The notes beneath the pieces are model-generated. The model was not told where the DNA came from. It saw only the letters and a list, made by a program, of their open reading frames with translations, and ran no database searches. A stretch of DNA of 64,000 nt from an uncultured delta proteobacterium. Lineage in GTDB: Bacteria > Desulfobacterota > Desulfobaccia > Desulfobaccales > 0-14-0-80-60-11. The position numbers and the translations under genes are program-made. The stretch covers positions 1,568,001-1,632,000 of the forward strand of contig CAWETI010000003.1 in assembly GCA_963812015.1 (NCBI GenBank), read 5' to 3'. Shown in pieces: positions 1 to 10,630 of this stretch (its first letter is position 1; every line of letters begins with the position of its first letter).

Positions 1-33
1 TGCTGTTGCTGCTCGGGCTCCGCTCTGACCCGG

Positions 34-65
34 AAAAAAATCGGGCTGCCTTGAAGGCAACCCGG
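34..65 (-). terminator. Intrinsic terminator, expression platform of the riboswitch
   Basis: Minus strand CGGGTTGCC-TTCAA-GGCAGCCCG followed by ATTTTTTT; the 5' arm is the 3' end of the aptamer. Confidence 0.8.
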
Positions 66-132
66 CTATCTTTTCTCCTTAAGACCCGTGGTTTTCCGTC
101 CCCATCTCACGGTGGGTTTGGCTTTTCTCAAG
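52..132 (-). ncRNA. c-di-GMP-I (GEMM-I) riboswitch aptamer
   Basis: Minus strand reads GAAAAGCCAAACCCACCGTGAGATGGGGACGGAAAACCACGGGTCTTAAG...GATAGCCGGGTTGCC, matching the GEMM-I pattern (xCAAACC-hairpin-GGGACG.AAA.CC..GG.CT...G.TAGC.GGGTT.CC). The regulated gene lies off the left edge. Confidence 0.88.
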
Positions 133-514
133 TATTAGCGAGCTTAAAAAGGTAAATACGAAAAGTCAAGTAATTAATATTGAAATTAGAATATTTTTTA
201 ACATTTATTTCCCCTGCCTAAATTCTCTACCAGGTAAAATAATTGACACAAGATGGCCCCAGATGCGCCAGGGGGCGCTCAGGAGGGAAAAGGGGGTCAT
301 CGGTCGGCCTGCCCGCGGGGCGATGCTGGCTCCGGCGGGCTGAGGGCAAAATGCCTCCCTGTCACCGAAAATATTGCCGCTACCGGGGGATCAAAGCCTG
401 CCCCAGGAGGCATATCCACGGGGGACTTGCACGGTAACGAGTTTTTATGGCGAAAAGGCGTTTTTTTATCAGGCCGGATAGTATAAAATAACAGAATAAT
501 TCGCCGGTTAAAGG

Positions 515-1171
515 ATGAAGCACACCATGTTTACCGGGCTAGTGGAAGGCGTCGGAGAGATCCTCGGCCTCACCTCCATGGCCGAGGGGCTGCGGCTTGC
601 GGTCAAGAACTCGTTTCCCGCCGGGGAGCTCGTTCTGGGGGAATCGGTGGCGGTAGCGGGGGCCTGCCTCACGGTGGTGGCTTTAGCCGCGCCCCGGGCC
701 AGCTTCGAAGTTTCCCCGGAAACCCTGGCCCACACCACTTTTCCCTTGAAAAAGGTGGGGGACCGGGTAAACTTAGAACGAGCCCTCAAGCTGGGGGACC
801 GCCTGGGCGGGCACCTGGTCACGGGTCACGTGGACGGCGTCGGCATGGTGCGGGCGCTTAGACCCGGCCCGGCTCACATCGGGCTCACGTTCGAAATGCC
901 CGGCCCCCTGGCCCGCTTCGTTATCGAGAAGGGCTCCATCGCCATCGACGGCGTCTCTCTGACAGTGAACTCCTGCCAGGGCAATACCTTTACGGTGAAC
1001 GTCATCCCTTTCACCGCCCGGGAGACCACCCTGGCCGCCCTCAAAGTGGGCGACCGGGTCAACCTGGAAACTGACCTGATCGGCAAATACGTGGCCCGGC
1101 TCCTGGGTCAGAACGCCTCCCAAGGCGGGGGGGTCACCCCGGAGTTGCTGGCCCGGCACGGGTTTTTCTAA
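515..1171 (+). CDS. ribE: Riboflavin synthase (alpha chain)
   Basis: MFTGLVE N-terminal signature (true start may be 527), [31 protein letters not shown]. Confidence 0.96.
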   Translation: MKHTMFTGLVEGVGEILGLTSMAEGLRLAVKNSFPAGELVLGESVAVAGACLTVVALAAPRASFEVSPETLAHTTFPLKKVGDRVNLERALKLGDRLGGHLVTGHVDGVGMVRALRPGPAHIGLTFEMPGPLARFVIEKGSIAIDGVSLTVNSCQGNTFTVNVIPFTARETTLAALKVGDRVNLETDLIGKYVARLLGQNASQGGGVTPELLARHGFF

Positions 1172-1263
1172 GTGAGCCGTGAGCCCAAGACCCCACCGGC
1201 AAGATGCCGGTGCCACTCATAATCGAAAAGAGCAAACTGAAAACCAAAAACAGGATCTTAACC

Positions 1264-2466
<1,203 letters not shown>

Positions 2467-2553
2467 TAACTTCTCTCGCCAAGCTGCTCAGGATGCAAAG
2501 GAATTATGCTTTGCTCTTTACGCCTTGGCGTGAACCAAACCGAGGGGGGGCAG

Positions 2554-3021
2554 ATGCGAACCATAGAAGGCAAGCTCATCGCCGAAGGTCTGAAATTCGC
2601 CCTGGTAGTGAGCCGCTTCAATTCCTTTATCACCGAGCGCTTGTTGGAGGGCGCTCTGGATTGTCTGCGGCGCAAAGGGGTTGCCGAGGAGCACCTGACC
2701 CTGGTGCGGGTGCCCGGAGCCTGGGAGATTCCCCTGGCGGCCAAGCGCCTGGTCCAGGCCGGGGGCCACGATGGGGTCATCTGCCTGGGCGCGGTGATCC
2801 GGGGTTCCACGCCCCACTTCGATTACGTGGCCGCAGAGGTGAGCAAGGGGATTGCCCAGGTGTCCCTGGACAGCGGGGTGCCCATCGGTTTTGGCATCCT
2901 GACCACCGATAGCCTGGAGCAGGCCATTGAACGGGCCGGCAGCAAGGCGGGCAACAAAGGCTTTGCCGCGGCGGAAGCCGCCGTCGAGATGGTCAATCTC
3001 CTGAAAGAACTGGGAGCCTGA
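2554..3021 (+). CDS. ribH: Lumazine synthase
   Basis: [36 protein letters not shown]; start at MRTIEG after a GAGGGG RBS. Confidence 0.97.
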   Translation: MRTIEGKLIAEGLKFALVVSRFNSFITERLLEGALDCLRRKGVAEEHLTLVRVPGAWEIPLAAKRLVQAGGHDGVICLGAVIRGSTPHFDYVAAEVSKGIAQVSLDSGVPIGFGILTTDSLEQAIERAGSKAGNKGFAAAEAAVEMVNLLKELGA

Positions 3022-3025
3022 CTGT

Positions 3026-3445
3026 TTGGCGGCTTATTCCCGCAGCCACTGCCGGGATTTGGCCTTGCAGTTTCTCTATCAGGCCGAGTTCTCAGGGCCG
3101 CCCCGGCCCGAGGCGGTGGAACGTTTCTGGCGGCATTTCCACAAAGAAGGCACCCCCCCCGCCTATCTCAAGGAACTGGTGGAGGGGGTGGGGTCCCACC
3201 TGGAGGAACTGGATGCCTTCATCGTGCGCTACTCGGAGCATTGGCGCCTGGAGCGCATGACCATCGTGGATCGCAACCTCCTCCGGCTGGCCATCTATGA
3301 ACTCCTGTACCAATCCCAGATTCCGCCCAAGGTGGTGATCAACGAGGCGGTGGAGATGGCCAAGCGTTACGGCAGCGAGGCCTCCGGGGGTTTCGTCAAC
3401 GGCATCCTGGACCAGGTAAGAATGTCCTTGGGCCGGGAAGTTTGA
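3026..3445 (+). CDS. nusB: Transcription antitermination factor NusB
   Basis: ALQFLYQ, WRLERMTIVDRNLLR, VVINEAVEMAKRY, FVNGILD; classic ribH-nusB order. Confidence 0.95.
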   Translation: MAAYSRSHCRDLALQFLYQAEFSGPPRPEAVERFWRHFHKEGTPPAYLKELVEGVGSHLEELDAFIVRYSEHWRLERMTIVDRNLLRLAIYELLYQSQIPPKVVINEAVEMAKRYGSEASGGFVNGILDQVRMSLGREV

Positions 3446-3609
3446 GGCTGGAACGAGCCGCCGGCCTCAGGGCTTCGACATTCAGGGCTTGCATGTTGGG
3501 GTCTGAAGCATTAATGATATATACGAAACCTGAAAATCAATCGCGGTCGACATTCCCTGGCACAGGGCGCTGGCATTCTTGATCCGCACTGCGGAAGGAG
3601 GGAGACAAG

Positions 3610-4245
3610 ATGACCCGGAAATGGTTGGCGATGGCTGTAGTAGTCCTCTTGGCCGTGTCTTTCGTGGGCTGCGCCACCGAAAGCGGCTATTATGACCCGG
3701 CTCGGTCCGCTGGGGCCGGCGCCTTGGGTGGGGCCGCCACCGGCGCGGCCATCGGCGCCATCATCGGTGCGGCCACCGGCTCACCCGCCACCGGCGCCTG
3801 GATCGGCGCGGCCGCCGGCGGTGTCCTGGGGGGCGTGGGCGGGGCGCTCTATGCCGAGCACCGCAACAGCGAGATCCGCTCGTCCGAGGCTGCGGCCCAG
3901 GCCTATAACTACCAGGGCCAGGGCAATGTGGTCAGCGTGGACAACGTAACTGCTTCTCCTTCCACCGTCAGGCGGGGGCAGCAGGTTAACCTGAGCCTGA
4001 GTTATACCATCTTGACCCCCTCTAATGACCCGGTGAACATCACCCTGGTGCGGGAGATCAGGTTCAACGGTCAAATGGTGGGGTCGCCTTACCAGAGCAC
4101 GGTGACCAATACCAACGGGTCCTATACGGACAACGTGGCTTTTGCCGTGCCCAGCAACGCCGGTCCCGGCACCTACACCATCAGCAGCCGGGTGATGAGC
4201 GACTACGGCTCCTCCCAGCGGGACGGGTATTTCAACGTGCAGTAG
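3610..4245 (+). CDS. Glycine-zipper lipoprotein with a C-terminal beta-rich (Ig-like) domain
   Basis: Signal peptide with FVGC lipobox, GAxxGAxxGA glycine zipper, strong AAGGAGG RBS. Confidence 0.8.
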   Translation: MTRKWLAMAVVVLLAVSFVGCATESGYYDPARSAGAGALGGAATGAAIGAIIGAATGSPATGAWIGAAAGGVLGGVGGALYAEHRNSEIRSSEAAAQAYNYQGQGNVVSVDNVTASPSTVRRGQQVNLSLSYTILTPSNDPVNITLVREIRFNGQMVGSPYQSTVTNTNGSYTDNVAFAVPSNAGPGTYTISSRVMSDYGSSQRDGYFNVQ

Positions 4246-4359
4246 CGCCGCGAATTCAGCAAAGCCGGGGATATCTTGCCTGAGGGCCGAGATTTCCCCG
4301 GCTCCTTCTGCCTGCCCCATTGACAAGCCGATCCCCTTCTGATAAATAATCATTTTACC

Positions 4360-4410
4360 CTTCCTTGCCCTGGGCCGGTGCGTACCAGGGCCATGAGACC
4401 ATAAGGAGGA
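4360..4410 (+). promoter_or_regulatory. S6:S18 ribosomal-protein leader RNA (TTGACA -35 at 4320)
   Basis: CTTCCTTGCCC..GGGCC..AGACC..AAGGAGG: the anti-SD CCTT pairs with the rpsF RBS around an inner GCCC/GGGC stem, the known S6:S18 autoregulatory layout. Confidence 0.8.
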
Positions 4411-4413
4411 AGA

Positions 4414-4839
4414 ATGCGCCGCTACGAATCGCTCTGGGTGGTTAATGGCGACCTCCCGGATGAAGAAGTAAAATCCGCCATCGACAAGTTTTCCCGGATT
4501 ATCTCCTCTCAAGGTGGAACCGTGGTGGGAGTGGAAGAGTGGGGCCGGCGCAAGCTGTCCTACAAGATCCAAGGCACCATCCGCGGCTTTTATGTGCTAG
4601 CCGATTTTGCCGGTTCGGCCGAGACGGTCAAGGAGCTGGAACGCAACTACCGGATTGACGATCGCATCCTCCGCTACCTCACCACCAAGAAAGCCGACCA
4701 CGTGAACCTGGATGCCCTGCAGGCCGAAATCGCGGCCAAGGCCAAGGCGGCCGCGCCGCCCGAACCCGAAGCCGCCCCCGTGGCTCCCGCGGAAATCGCC
4801 GTCCCGGAAGAACCTGCAGCCCCAGCCAAGGAGGAATAG
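4414..4839 (+). CDS. rpsF: 30S ribosomal protein S6
   Basis: MRRYE, WGRRKLSYKI, ELERNYRIDDRILRYL; Ala/Pro/Glu tail. Confidence 0.96.
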   Translation: MRRYESLWVVNGDLPDEEVKSAIDKFSRIISSQGGTVVGVEEWGRRKLSYKIQGTIRGFYVLADFAGSAETVKELERNYRIDDRILRYLTTKKADHVNLDALQAEIAAKAKAAAPPEPEAAPVAPAEIAVPEEPAAPAKEE

Positions 4840-4842
4840 TCC

Positions 4843-5100
4843 GTGCCTGTAATGCCTCGCCGCAAACGGAAACAATTTTACGTCCGCCGCAAGGTCTGCC
4901 GTTTTTGCGTGGACGCCAATCTGCCCATTGATTACAAGGACGTCAACACCCTGAGACAGTTTGTCACGGAGCGGGGTAAGATTATCCCCCGCCGCATCTC
5001 GGGTAACTGCGCCCGTCATCAGCGCCGGGTCACCCGGGCCATCAAGCAGGCCCGGCTCCTGGCCCTGATTGCCTATACCCCCCAAGTGCCCATTACGTGA
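4843..5100 (+). CDS. rpsR: 30S ribosomal protein S18 (zinc-binding type)
   Basis: [38 protein letters not shown]. Confidence 0.97.
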   Translation: MPVMPRRKRKQFYVRRKVCRFCVDANLPIDYKDVNTLRQFVTERGKIIPRRISGNCARHQRRVTRAIKQARLLALIAYTPQVPIT

Positions 5101-5122
5101 GGGCTGGGGTAACCGGTAAGCC

Positions 5123-6061
5123 GTGGGTCGAGGTCTTTCCATCTGGTTCCTCTGCCTGGGCGCCCTCCTGGTAGGGTACCTGGGGGCCCAGGTAAATCCC
5201 CTGGCCTTCCTGATGGTCGGCGTTCTGGCGCCCTTGCCGGTGCTGGTAACCGGCTGGCGCTCGGGGGAGTTGGCGGGCCTGGGACTGGCCCTGGCTGCCG
5301 TGGCAGCAATCTTCTGTCTGCACCCCGTTCTGGACACCCTCTGGCAAAACCTGGGTTTTCTCAATCTGCTGCTCATGGGGGTGATACTGGCCAGCTTGCA
5401 ATGCCGGGGGGTGTCAACGCCCCGGGCTATTATCCTGACGGTGGCGGCCTTGGTCGTCGGGGCTTTGCTGGTTTTTGTCGGGCAGGCCATCTTTATGGGG
5501 CTGTCCCTCCAGGACCTGCTGGCTCAGAAGAGCGCCGAGATCATGGACACGGTGCGCAAGGTCTTGGGGGATGCCGGCGGCGGCGCCCCCGGTCCCCTGA
5601 TCCCGGGCGTGGCCCCGGACCAGGTGGAGGCCTTGCTCCGGCGTCTCCTGCCGGGGTTGCTGGTGACCAATATGGCCCTGGTGGCCTGGCTGAACGTCAT
5701 CCTGTCCCGGCAGGTGGTCTTTCTCCTGGGATGGGGCGAACCGGAGCCGCCGCTGTATCACTGGGTGGCCCCGGAGTGGCTAATCTTTGTATTGCTGGGG
5801 GCCGGCTTTCTCCTGCTGGTGCCGGTGACCGGGGCGCGGTTCTTTGGCCTGAACCTGATCATGGTGGTGGCGGTGCTTTATTTTTGCCAGGGAGTGGCGG
5901 TGGTGGCCACCTGGTTTCATCGCCTGGGGCTGCCTCGCCTGCTGCGGATGATCGGCTACCCCTTGCTGTTCTTGAATCCGTTTTTTTTCTTGATTATCAC
6001 CCTGGGGTTGTTGGACCTGTGGCTGGATTTTCGCCGGTTGCATCGACCCAAGGATGCCTGA
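5123..6061 (+). CDS. YybS/DUF2232 family membrane protein
   Basis: Multi-TM protein, LYFCQGVAVV and GLLDLWLDFRR motifs, conserved position between rpsR and rplI. Confidence 0.85.
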   Translation: MGRGLSIWFLCLGALLVGYLGAQVNPLAFLMVGVLAPLPVLVTGWRSGELAGLGLALAAVAAIFCLHPVLDTLWQNLGFLNLLLMGVILASLQCRGVSTPRAIILTVAALVVGALLVFVGQAIFMGLSLQDLLAQKSAEIMDTVRKVLGDAGGGAPGPLIPGVAPDQVEALLRRLLPGLLVTNMALVAWLNVILSRQVVFLLGWGEPEPPLYHWVAPEWLIFVLLGAGFLLLVPVTGARFFGLNLIMVVAVLYFCQGVAVVATWFHRLGLPRLLRMIGYPLLFLNPFFFLIITLGLLDLWLDFRRLHRPKDA

Positions 6062-6074
6062 GGAGGAGTTTTCG

Positions 6075-6524
6075 GTGAAGATCATCTTGACGCAAGATAT
6101 TACCCCTTTGGGCGCCATGGGCACGGTAGTGGACGTGGCCCGGGGCTATGCCCGTAATTACCTGATACCTCAGGGGAAGGCTATGGAAGCCACCCCGGGG
6201 AACCTGGTCCAGGTGGAAAAGGCCAAAGTGAAGTATCTCCAGACGCAGGCCACGTCCCGGGAAGCCGTCATGGCCCAGGTGGCTCACCTGGAAGGGGCGA
6301 GCGTCACCATCGCCCAGAGGGTGGGCGAGGAAGAGCGCCTCTACGGCTCCGTCACCGCCGCCATGATCGCCGAGGCCTTGGAAGACCAGGGCTACGTGGT
6401 GGACAAAAAGCAGGTGGAACTGTCGGAACCCATCAAGCAGCTGGGTACCTACGAGGTTACCATCCGTCTGGCTCCGGAAGCCAAGGGCACGGTCACCGTG
6501 CAAGTGGTGCCCGAGAACGCCTAG
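6075..6524 (+). CDS. rplI: 50S ribosomal protein L9
   Basis: VKIILTQD..LG..G..V.VARGYARNYLIP, LYGSVT, PIKQLG; GTG start after AGGAGG. Confidence 0.97.
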   Translation: MKIILTQDITPLGAMGTVVDVARGYARNYLIPQGKAMEATPGNLVQVEKAKVKYLQTQATSREAVMAQVAHLEGASVTIAQRVGEEERLYGSVTAAMIAEALEDQGYVVDKKQVELSEPIKQLGTYEVTIRLAPEAKGTVTVQVVPENA

Positions 6525-6657
6525 CAGGCTGTTAAAAAACCACGATTTCCCCAGCATGTCATTCTAAGCGAAGCGAAGAATCTCGTATTTTCAGATAGAT
6601 GAGATCCTTCGCTACGCTCAGGATGACAAAAAAGGCGGTTTTTCAACAGCCTGCTAG
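6521..6657. mobile_element. MITE-like element with ~21-bp terminal inverted repeats and an internal palindromic repeat
   Basis: CTAGCAGGCTGTTAAAAAACC ... GGTTTTTCAACAGCCTGCTAG (CTAG at both ends); inside, GTCATTCTAAGCGAAGCGAAGAATCTC pairs with GAGATCCTTCGCTACGCTCAGGATGAC. Confidence 0.75.
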
Positions 6658-7184
6658 TAGCCATCGGGAGTTTGATGGGAAGGGGGCCAAGGCCGCTTAA
6701 GCCCTTACCCCCTTTCTGCTCACCTCCTCCGCCAACTCAATCAGAACTAGCGGGCGGTACCGCCTTCCGCAGGTAGCTGGGGTGAAATCTCCGACGGCTT
6801 CCACGCCGGCTCCGCCCTTCCCGGCCTCTAGGCAAAAAAGGGAAAAACCCGAGATTTTGCCAGCAGGCGCAAGCTCCCATCCCGCCAACTCCACTTACTG
6901 CCAGGGAGACTGCCCCGGCGATTCACCCCCAGCGGCTCTCCCGGACCCAGGTCGAGCTTGTAATCCTTTTGTGCTTCATTTATGGTTTAACATCGACGGC
7001 AGGCCACTCCTCCTCCGGCGCCATTCAGCTGATGGGCGCTCATACCCCGTTGCCGTCAAAAAGTGATCGCCTTGTAGGGGCCTGATGAATCACGCCCCCA
7101 GGCGCAATCAATTGCGGCCTTACAGTGAAATCCTGGCTGAGAACCCTTTACCCGACAACCTGACGCAGTTGTGAGACTGACCTT

Positions 7185-8603
7185 ATGCCCAAAGTTAGCA
7201 GCCGTTTTGCCGCGGCCGAAGCCCCTACTCCGGTGGGCTACACCCCCCCGGCCAACCCCGAGGCCGAGCAATCGGTGCTGGGGGCCATTCTGGTGCGGCC
7301 AGAGGCCATGGACCGGATCGCCGACCTGATTGCCCCCGAGGATTTCTACCGGGAGGCCCACGGCCGCATCTACAAGGCCATGCTGGACCTCTACGGCCGG
7401 GGTGAGCCGGTTGACCTGGTGACGGTCAGCGCCCTGTTGAAAGAACGGGGCCAATTGGAGGGGGTGGGGGGGCCGGTGTTCCTGGCCGGCCTCAGCGAGC
7501 AGGTGGGGTTCGCCACCAACGCCGAATACTACGCCAGCCTGGTGCGGGATAAAGCGGTGTTGCGGCGCCTGCTGGACTGTGCCCAGGAGATCGCCTCCGC
7601 CTGCCTGGCCCCGGTGGAGAATGTCGCCGAGTTTCTGGACCGGGCCGAACACAAGGTCTTCCAGGTGGCCGAAGCCAAGGTGCGACCGGGGTTTTCCCCC
7701 TTGAGCGCCCTGGTGGACAACGAGATTGCCACCCTGGAGGCCATCTGGGGGCGCAAAGACGGCTCCCTCACCGGGGTGTCCAGCGGCTTCACCGACCTGG
7801 ACAATTATACCGCCGGTTTCCAGGCCAGCGACCTGATCATCCTGGCGGCCCGCCCCAGCATGGGCAAAACCGCCCTGGCCCTGAACATCGCTTTTAACGC
7901 GGCCTACGGCGGGCCCCCGGAAAAGCCCCATTCCCGGCAGACGCCGGTGCCGGTCGCCTTCTTCTCCCTGGAGATGTCCAAGGAACAATTGGTCCGCCGC
8001 CTGCTCAGCAGCATCGGCAAGGTGGACGCCTCCCAGATTCGCCGGGCCACCTTCCTCACCGGCCCGGAGTGGACCAAACTCCAGGAAGCCGCGGGGATTC
8101 TGGTGGATTGCCCCATCTATATCGACGATACCCCCGCCGCCACCGTCCTGGACATCCGGGCTAAATCCCGGCGCCTCAAGGCGGACGGCAAGTTGGGGAT
8201 GGTCATTATCGACTATCTCCAGCTCATGCAGGGGCGGCCCGAACTGAACAGCCGGGAGCAGCAGATCTCCGAGATCTCCCGCTCCCTGAAAGGGCTGGCC
8301 AAAGAACTGGCCGTGCCGGTGATGGCCCTGTCCCAGCTCAGCCGCGAGCCGGAGAAGCGGGAACGAAAACGGCCCCAACTGTCGGACTTGCGGGAATCCG
8401 GGGCCATCGAACAAGACGCCGATGTGGTCATATTCATTTACCGTGAGGAGGTCTATACCAAGGACGAGAAACACAAGGGGGTCGCCGAAGTCATCTTCGG
8501 CAAACAGCGTAACGGGCCTATCGGCACGGTAAAGTTGGCCTTTCGGGACCGCTTCACCCGCTTCGATGATCTGGAAAGGGACGAGGCCCCCGGGGGTTAT
8601 TGA
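7185..8603 (+). CDS. dnaB: Replicative DNA helicase
   Basis: AEQSVLGAIL, AARPSMGKT (Walker A), FFSLEM, IIDYLQLM, LSDLRESGAIEQDAD, KQRNGP; no intein. Confidence 0.98.
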   Translation: MPKVSSRFAAAEAPTPVGYTPPANPEAEQSVLGAILVRPEAMDRIADLIAPEDFYREAHGRIYKAMLDLYGRGEPVDLVTVSALLKERGQLEGVGGPVFLAGLSEQVGFATNAEYYASLVRDKAVLRRLLDCAQEIASACLAPVENVAEFLDRAEHKVFQVAEAKVRPGFSPLSALVDNEIATLEAIWGRKDGSLTGVSSGFTDLDNYTAGFQASDLIILAARPSMGKTALALNIAFNAAYGGPPEKPHSRQTPVPVAFFSLEMSKEQLVRRLLSSIGKVDASQIRRATFLTGPEWTKLQEAAGILVDCPIYIDDTPAATVLDIRAKSRRLKADGKLGMVIIDYLQLMQGRPELNSREQQISEISRSLKGLAKELAVPVMALSQLSREPEKRERKRPQLSDLRESGAIEQDADVVIFIYREEVYTKDEKHKGVAEVIFGKQRNGPIGTVKLAFRDRFTRFDDLERDEAPGGY

Positions 8604-8747
8604 CAAGCCCGGGATGGGCCGGGGTTCCTCAACCCTGATCCATCCCGTCAAATTTCCCGGTCCCGTCCCTGAGGGGCGGGGTAGGGGAGGGGCCCAAAGG
8701 TGTCATGGATGACGCCCTTGGGCCCGGCTTTTTTCTGGTTAGGTGGC

Positions 8748-9149
8748 TTAGCCCACCTTCACTTCGATCTTCCGGGGTTTGGCCTTCTCCACTTTGTGCA
8801 TCACCAGGCGCAACACCCCGTCCTTCATGGTGGCCTCGATCTTGCTCTGATCGATGAGGCTCCCCAGGTGGAAATCCCGCTGGAAGTCGCCGATGTAGTA
8901 TTCATGGTCCACCATGGCCTCCCCGGGACCCACGGGCGGGCCGACTTCCCCGTAAATGGTGAGATAATTCTCCTTGAGGTCCAGGGTCACTGTATCACCG
9001 GAGACCCCCGGCATATCGGCCACCAGAACCAGGGTCTCCGGGGTCTCGAAAATATCTACCCCCGGGACAAAAACCCGGCCGGGCCGGACCCGTTCCCCTT
9101 TGGCCGGAGCCTCTTCTTTGACTTTGGCTTGCAGTTCTTTGTCAGTCAT
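8748..9149 (-). CDS. Hsp20/alpha-crystallin small heat-shock protein
   Basis: PGVDIFET, ADMPGV, IEATMKDGVL, KPRKIEV (IXI/V tail); start MTDKEL after GGAGG. Confidence 0.92.
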   Translation of the reverse strand: MTDKELQAKVKEEAPAKGERVRPGRVFVPGVDIFETPETLVLVADMPGVSGDTVTLDLKENYLTIYGEVGPPVGPGEAMVDHEYYIGDFQRDFHLGSLIDQSKIEATMKDGVLRLVMHKVEKAKPRKIEVKVG

Positions 9150-9162
9150 GAACGGGCCTCCT

Positions 9163-9612
9163 TTAAGCAACCTTTACTTCGATTTTGCGCGGTTTGACTT
9201 CTTCCGGCTTGGCCATCTTGATGGTCAGGATGCCGTCTTTGCAAGTGGCTTCCACGTTACCCCCCTGAACCATCGCCGGTAAGGCCACAATCCGCCGGAA
9301 AAACCCGGATTCCCGTTCCCGCCGGTGGTAATTGACCTGCTTTTCTTCCGCCGCGATCTTGCGTTCGCCCCGCAGAATCAGGCTATTATCCTGCAAGGTG
9401 ATCTCCAGATCCTCCGCCTTGACGCCGGGCAGCTCGGCCCGGATGTAGAGGTAATCCCGGTCTTCGGAGATGTTCACCAGGGGATATACCCCCACCGGCC
9501 ACGGACGCCCTTCCGTGCCGTAACTTTGTTGAAAGAGGCGGTCCATGCGGCGTTGCAGCTGTTCCAGTTCCCCCAGAGGATTCCTCCCCGGTTCCCTGAA
9601 AAAAATCGGCAT
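9163..9612 (-). CDS. Hsp20/alpha-crystallin small heat-shock protein
   Basis: YPLVNISE, AELPGV, RRERESGFFRR, KDGIL, KPRKIEV; tandem pair. Confidence 0.93.
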   Translation of the reverse strand: MPIFFREPGRNPLGELEQLQRRMDRLFQQSYGTEGRPWPVGVYPLVNISEDRDYLYIRAELPGVKAEDLEITLQDNSLILRGERKIAAEEKQVNYHRRERESGFFRRIVALPAMVQGGNVEATCKDGILTIKMAKPEEVKPRKIEVKVA

Positions 9613-9772
9613 GCTCGTCTTCCTCCGTAATATGTGAGATTCTCAAGTTTTTTTGCTGTTAACTAAGGTTAAACTAAACACTTCCTCCGTGCCGGTCAAG
9701 GGCCTTACCGGTTGATAATGAGGAAATATTCGGATACATAGAGTCAGCAATCTCACCGAGAAAGGAACCCCG

Positions 9773-10426
9773 ATGGGTTTTCCCTGGGACGACATAACCT
9801 GGGTGCTCCTGGACATGGACGGCACCCTGCTGGACAAGCATTTCGACGATTATTTTTGGGAGACCCTGGTGCCGCAAGAGTACGCCCGGCGGCAGGGCAT
9901 GGACCTGGCCCTGGCCCGGGACCTGGTGTTCGCTCGCTATCAGAGTGAGGAAGGCACCCTCAACTGGACGGACATCGATTTCTGGTCCCGGGAGCTGGAC
10001 CTGGATATCCCGGCCTTAAAGGAGGGCATCCGCCACCTCATCGAGGTGCACCCGGACACGGAAGATTTTCTCAACTTCCTGAGAATGAAAGAAAAACGGG
10101 TGGCCCTGGTGACCAACGCCCACTACAAGACCTTGAGCCTCAAGATGAACCACACCGGGCTGTTGGGCTACTTCGACGAAGTTATTTCTTCCTTCGACCT
10201 GGGCAACCCCAAAGAAGATCTGCGCTTCTGGGAGATCCTCCAGGATCGCCTCCACTTTGACCCCAGCCGGGCCCTGCTGGTGGACGACAACGCCGACGCC
10301 CTGGCCGCAGCCCGAACCTTCGGCATCAAATACCCCTACTTCAAGGCCAAATCCAGCTCCCGCCAGGAGAGCGAATCCCACCCGGACTTCCCCTCCATCG
10401 AAAGCTTTGATGAGCTGATGGGCTGA
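9773..10426 (+). CDS. HAD-family hydrolase (YrfG-like purine nucleotidase)
   Basis: LLDMDGTLLDKHFDDYFW, TLNW, VTNAH, PKED, LVDD. Confidence 0.88.
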   Translation: MGFPWDDITWVLLDMDGTLLDKHFDDYFWETLVPQEYARRQGMDLALARDLVFARYQSEEGTLNWTDIDFWSRELDLDIPALKEGIRHLIEVHPDTEDFLNFLRMKEKRVALVTNAHYKTLSLKMNHTGLLGYFDEVISSFDLGNPKEDLRFWEILQDRLHFDPSRALLVDDNADALAAARTFGIKYPYFKAKSSSRQESESHPDFPSIESFDELMG

Positions 10427-10435
10427 AAATATTGA

Positions 10436-10628
10436 AGGGAGGGCCAGGGGACGCCCTTACGAAAAACCCCCCGCCCTCCCCTCAAACTCCCCTCCCACCC
10501 CCCTGTAAGGGGTGGGGTAAGGGGGGGCCGCCAGCCCCGCCTCAGTTTATCTTTTAGCCACCCTTAAGGGATTGGGGAGGGGGTTTGGGGGAGGGGTAAG
10601 GGCTTCTGCCCTTAGCCCCTCCCCCAAA
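10436..10628. repeat. Cluster of G/C-run palindromes (GGGGCCAGGGG...CCCCT family)
   Basis: Nested inverted G- and C-runs; related copies at ~6676-6713, 14359-14500, 16451-16498, 20120-20148, 47180-47232, 52740-52786, 54496-54538. Confidence 0.65.
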
Positions 10629-10630
10629 GT

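Noticed and set aside
6777..6800. GGGGTGAAATCTCCGAC as an FMN riboswitch
   Set aside because: Only one short motif matches, the other RFN elements are absent, and it is not next to rib genes.
7081..7135. CTGATGA...GAAA as a hammerhead ribozyme
   Set aside because: Stem II does not pair properly, and no stem I/III with a cleavage triplet could be built.
9613..9720. CIRCE/HAIR/sigma32 site before the Hsp20 pair
   Set aside because: No adequate match to those consensus sequences; only a weak AT-rich palindrome.
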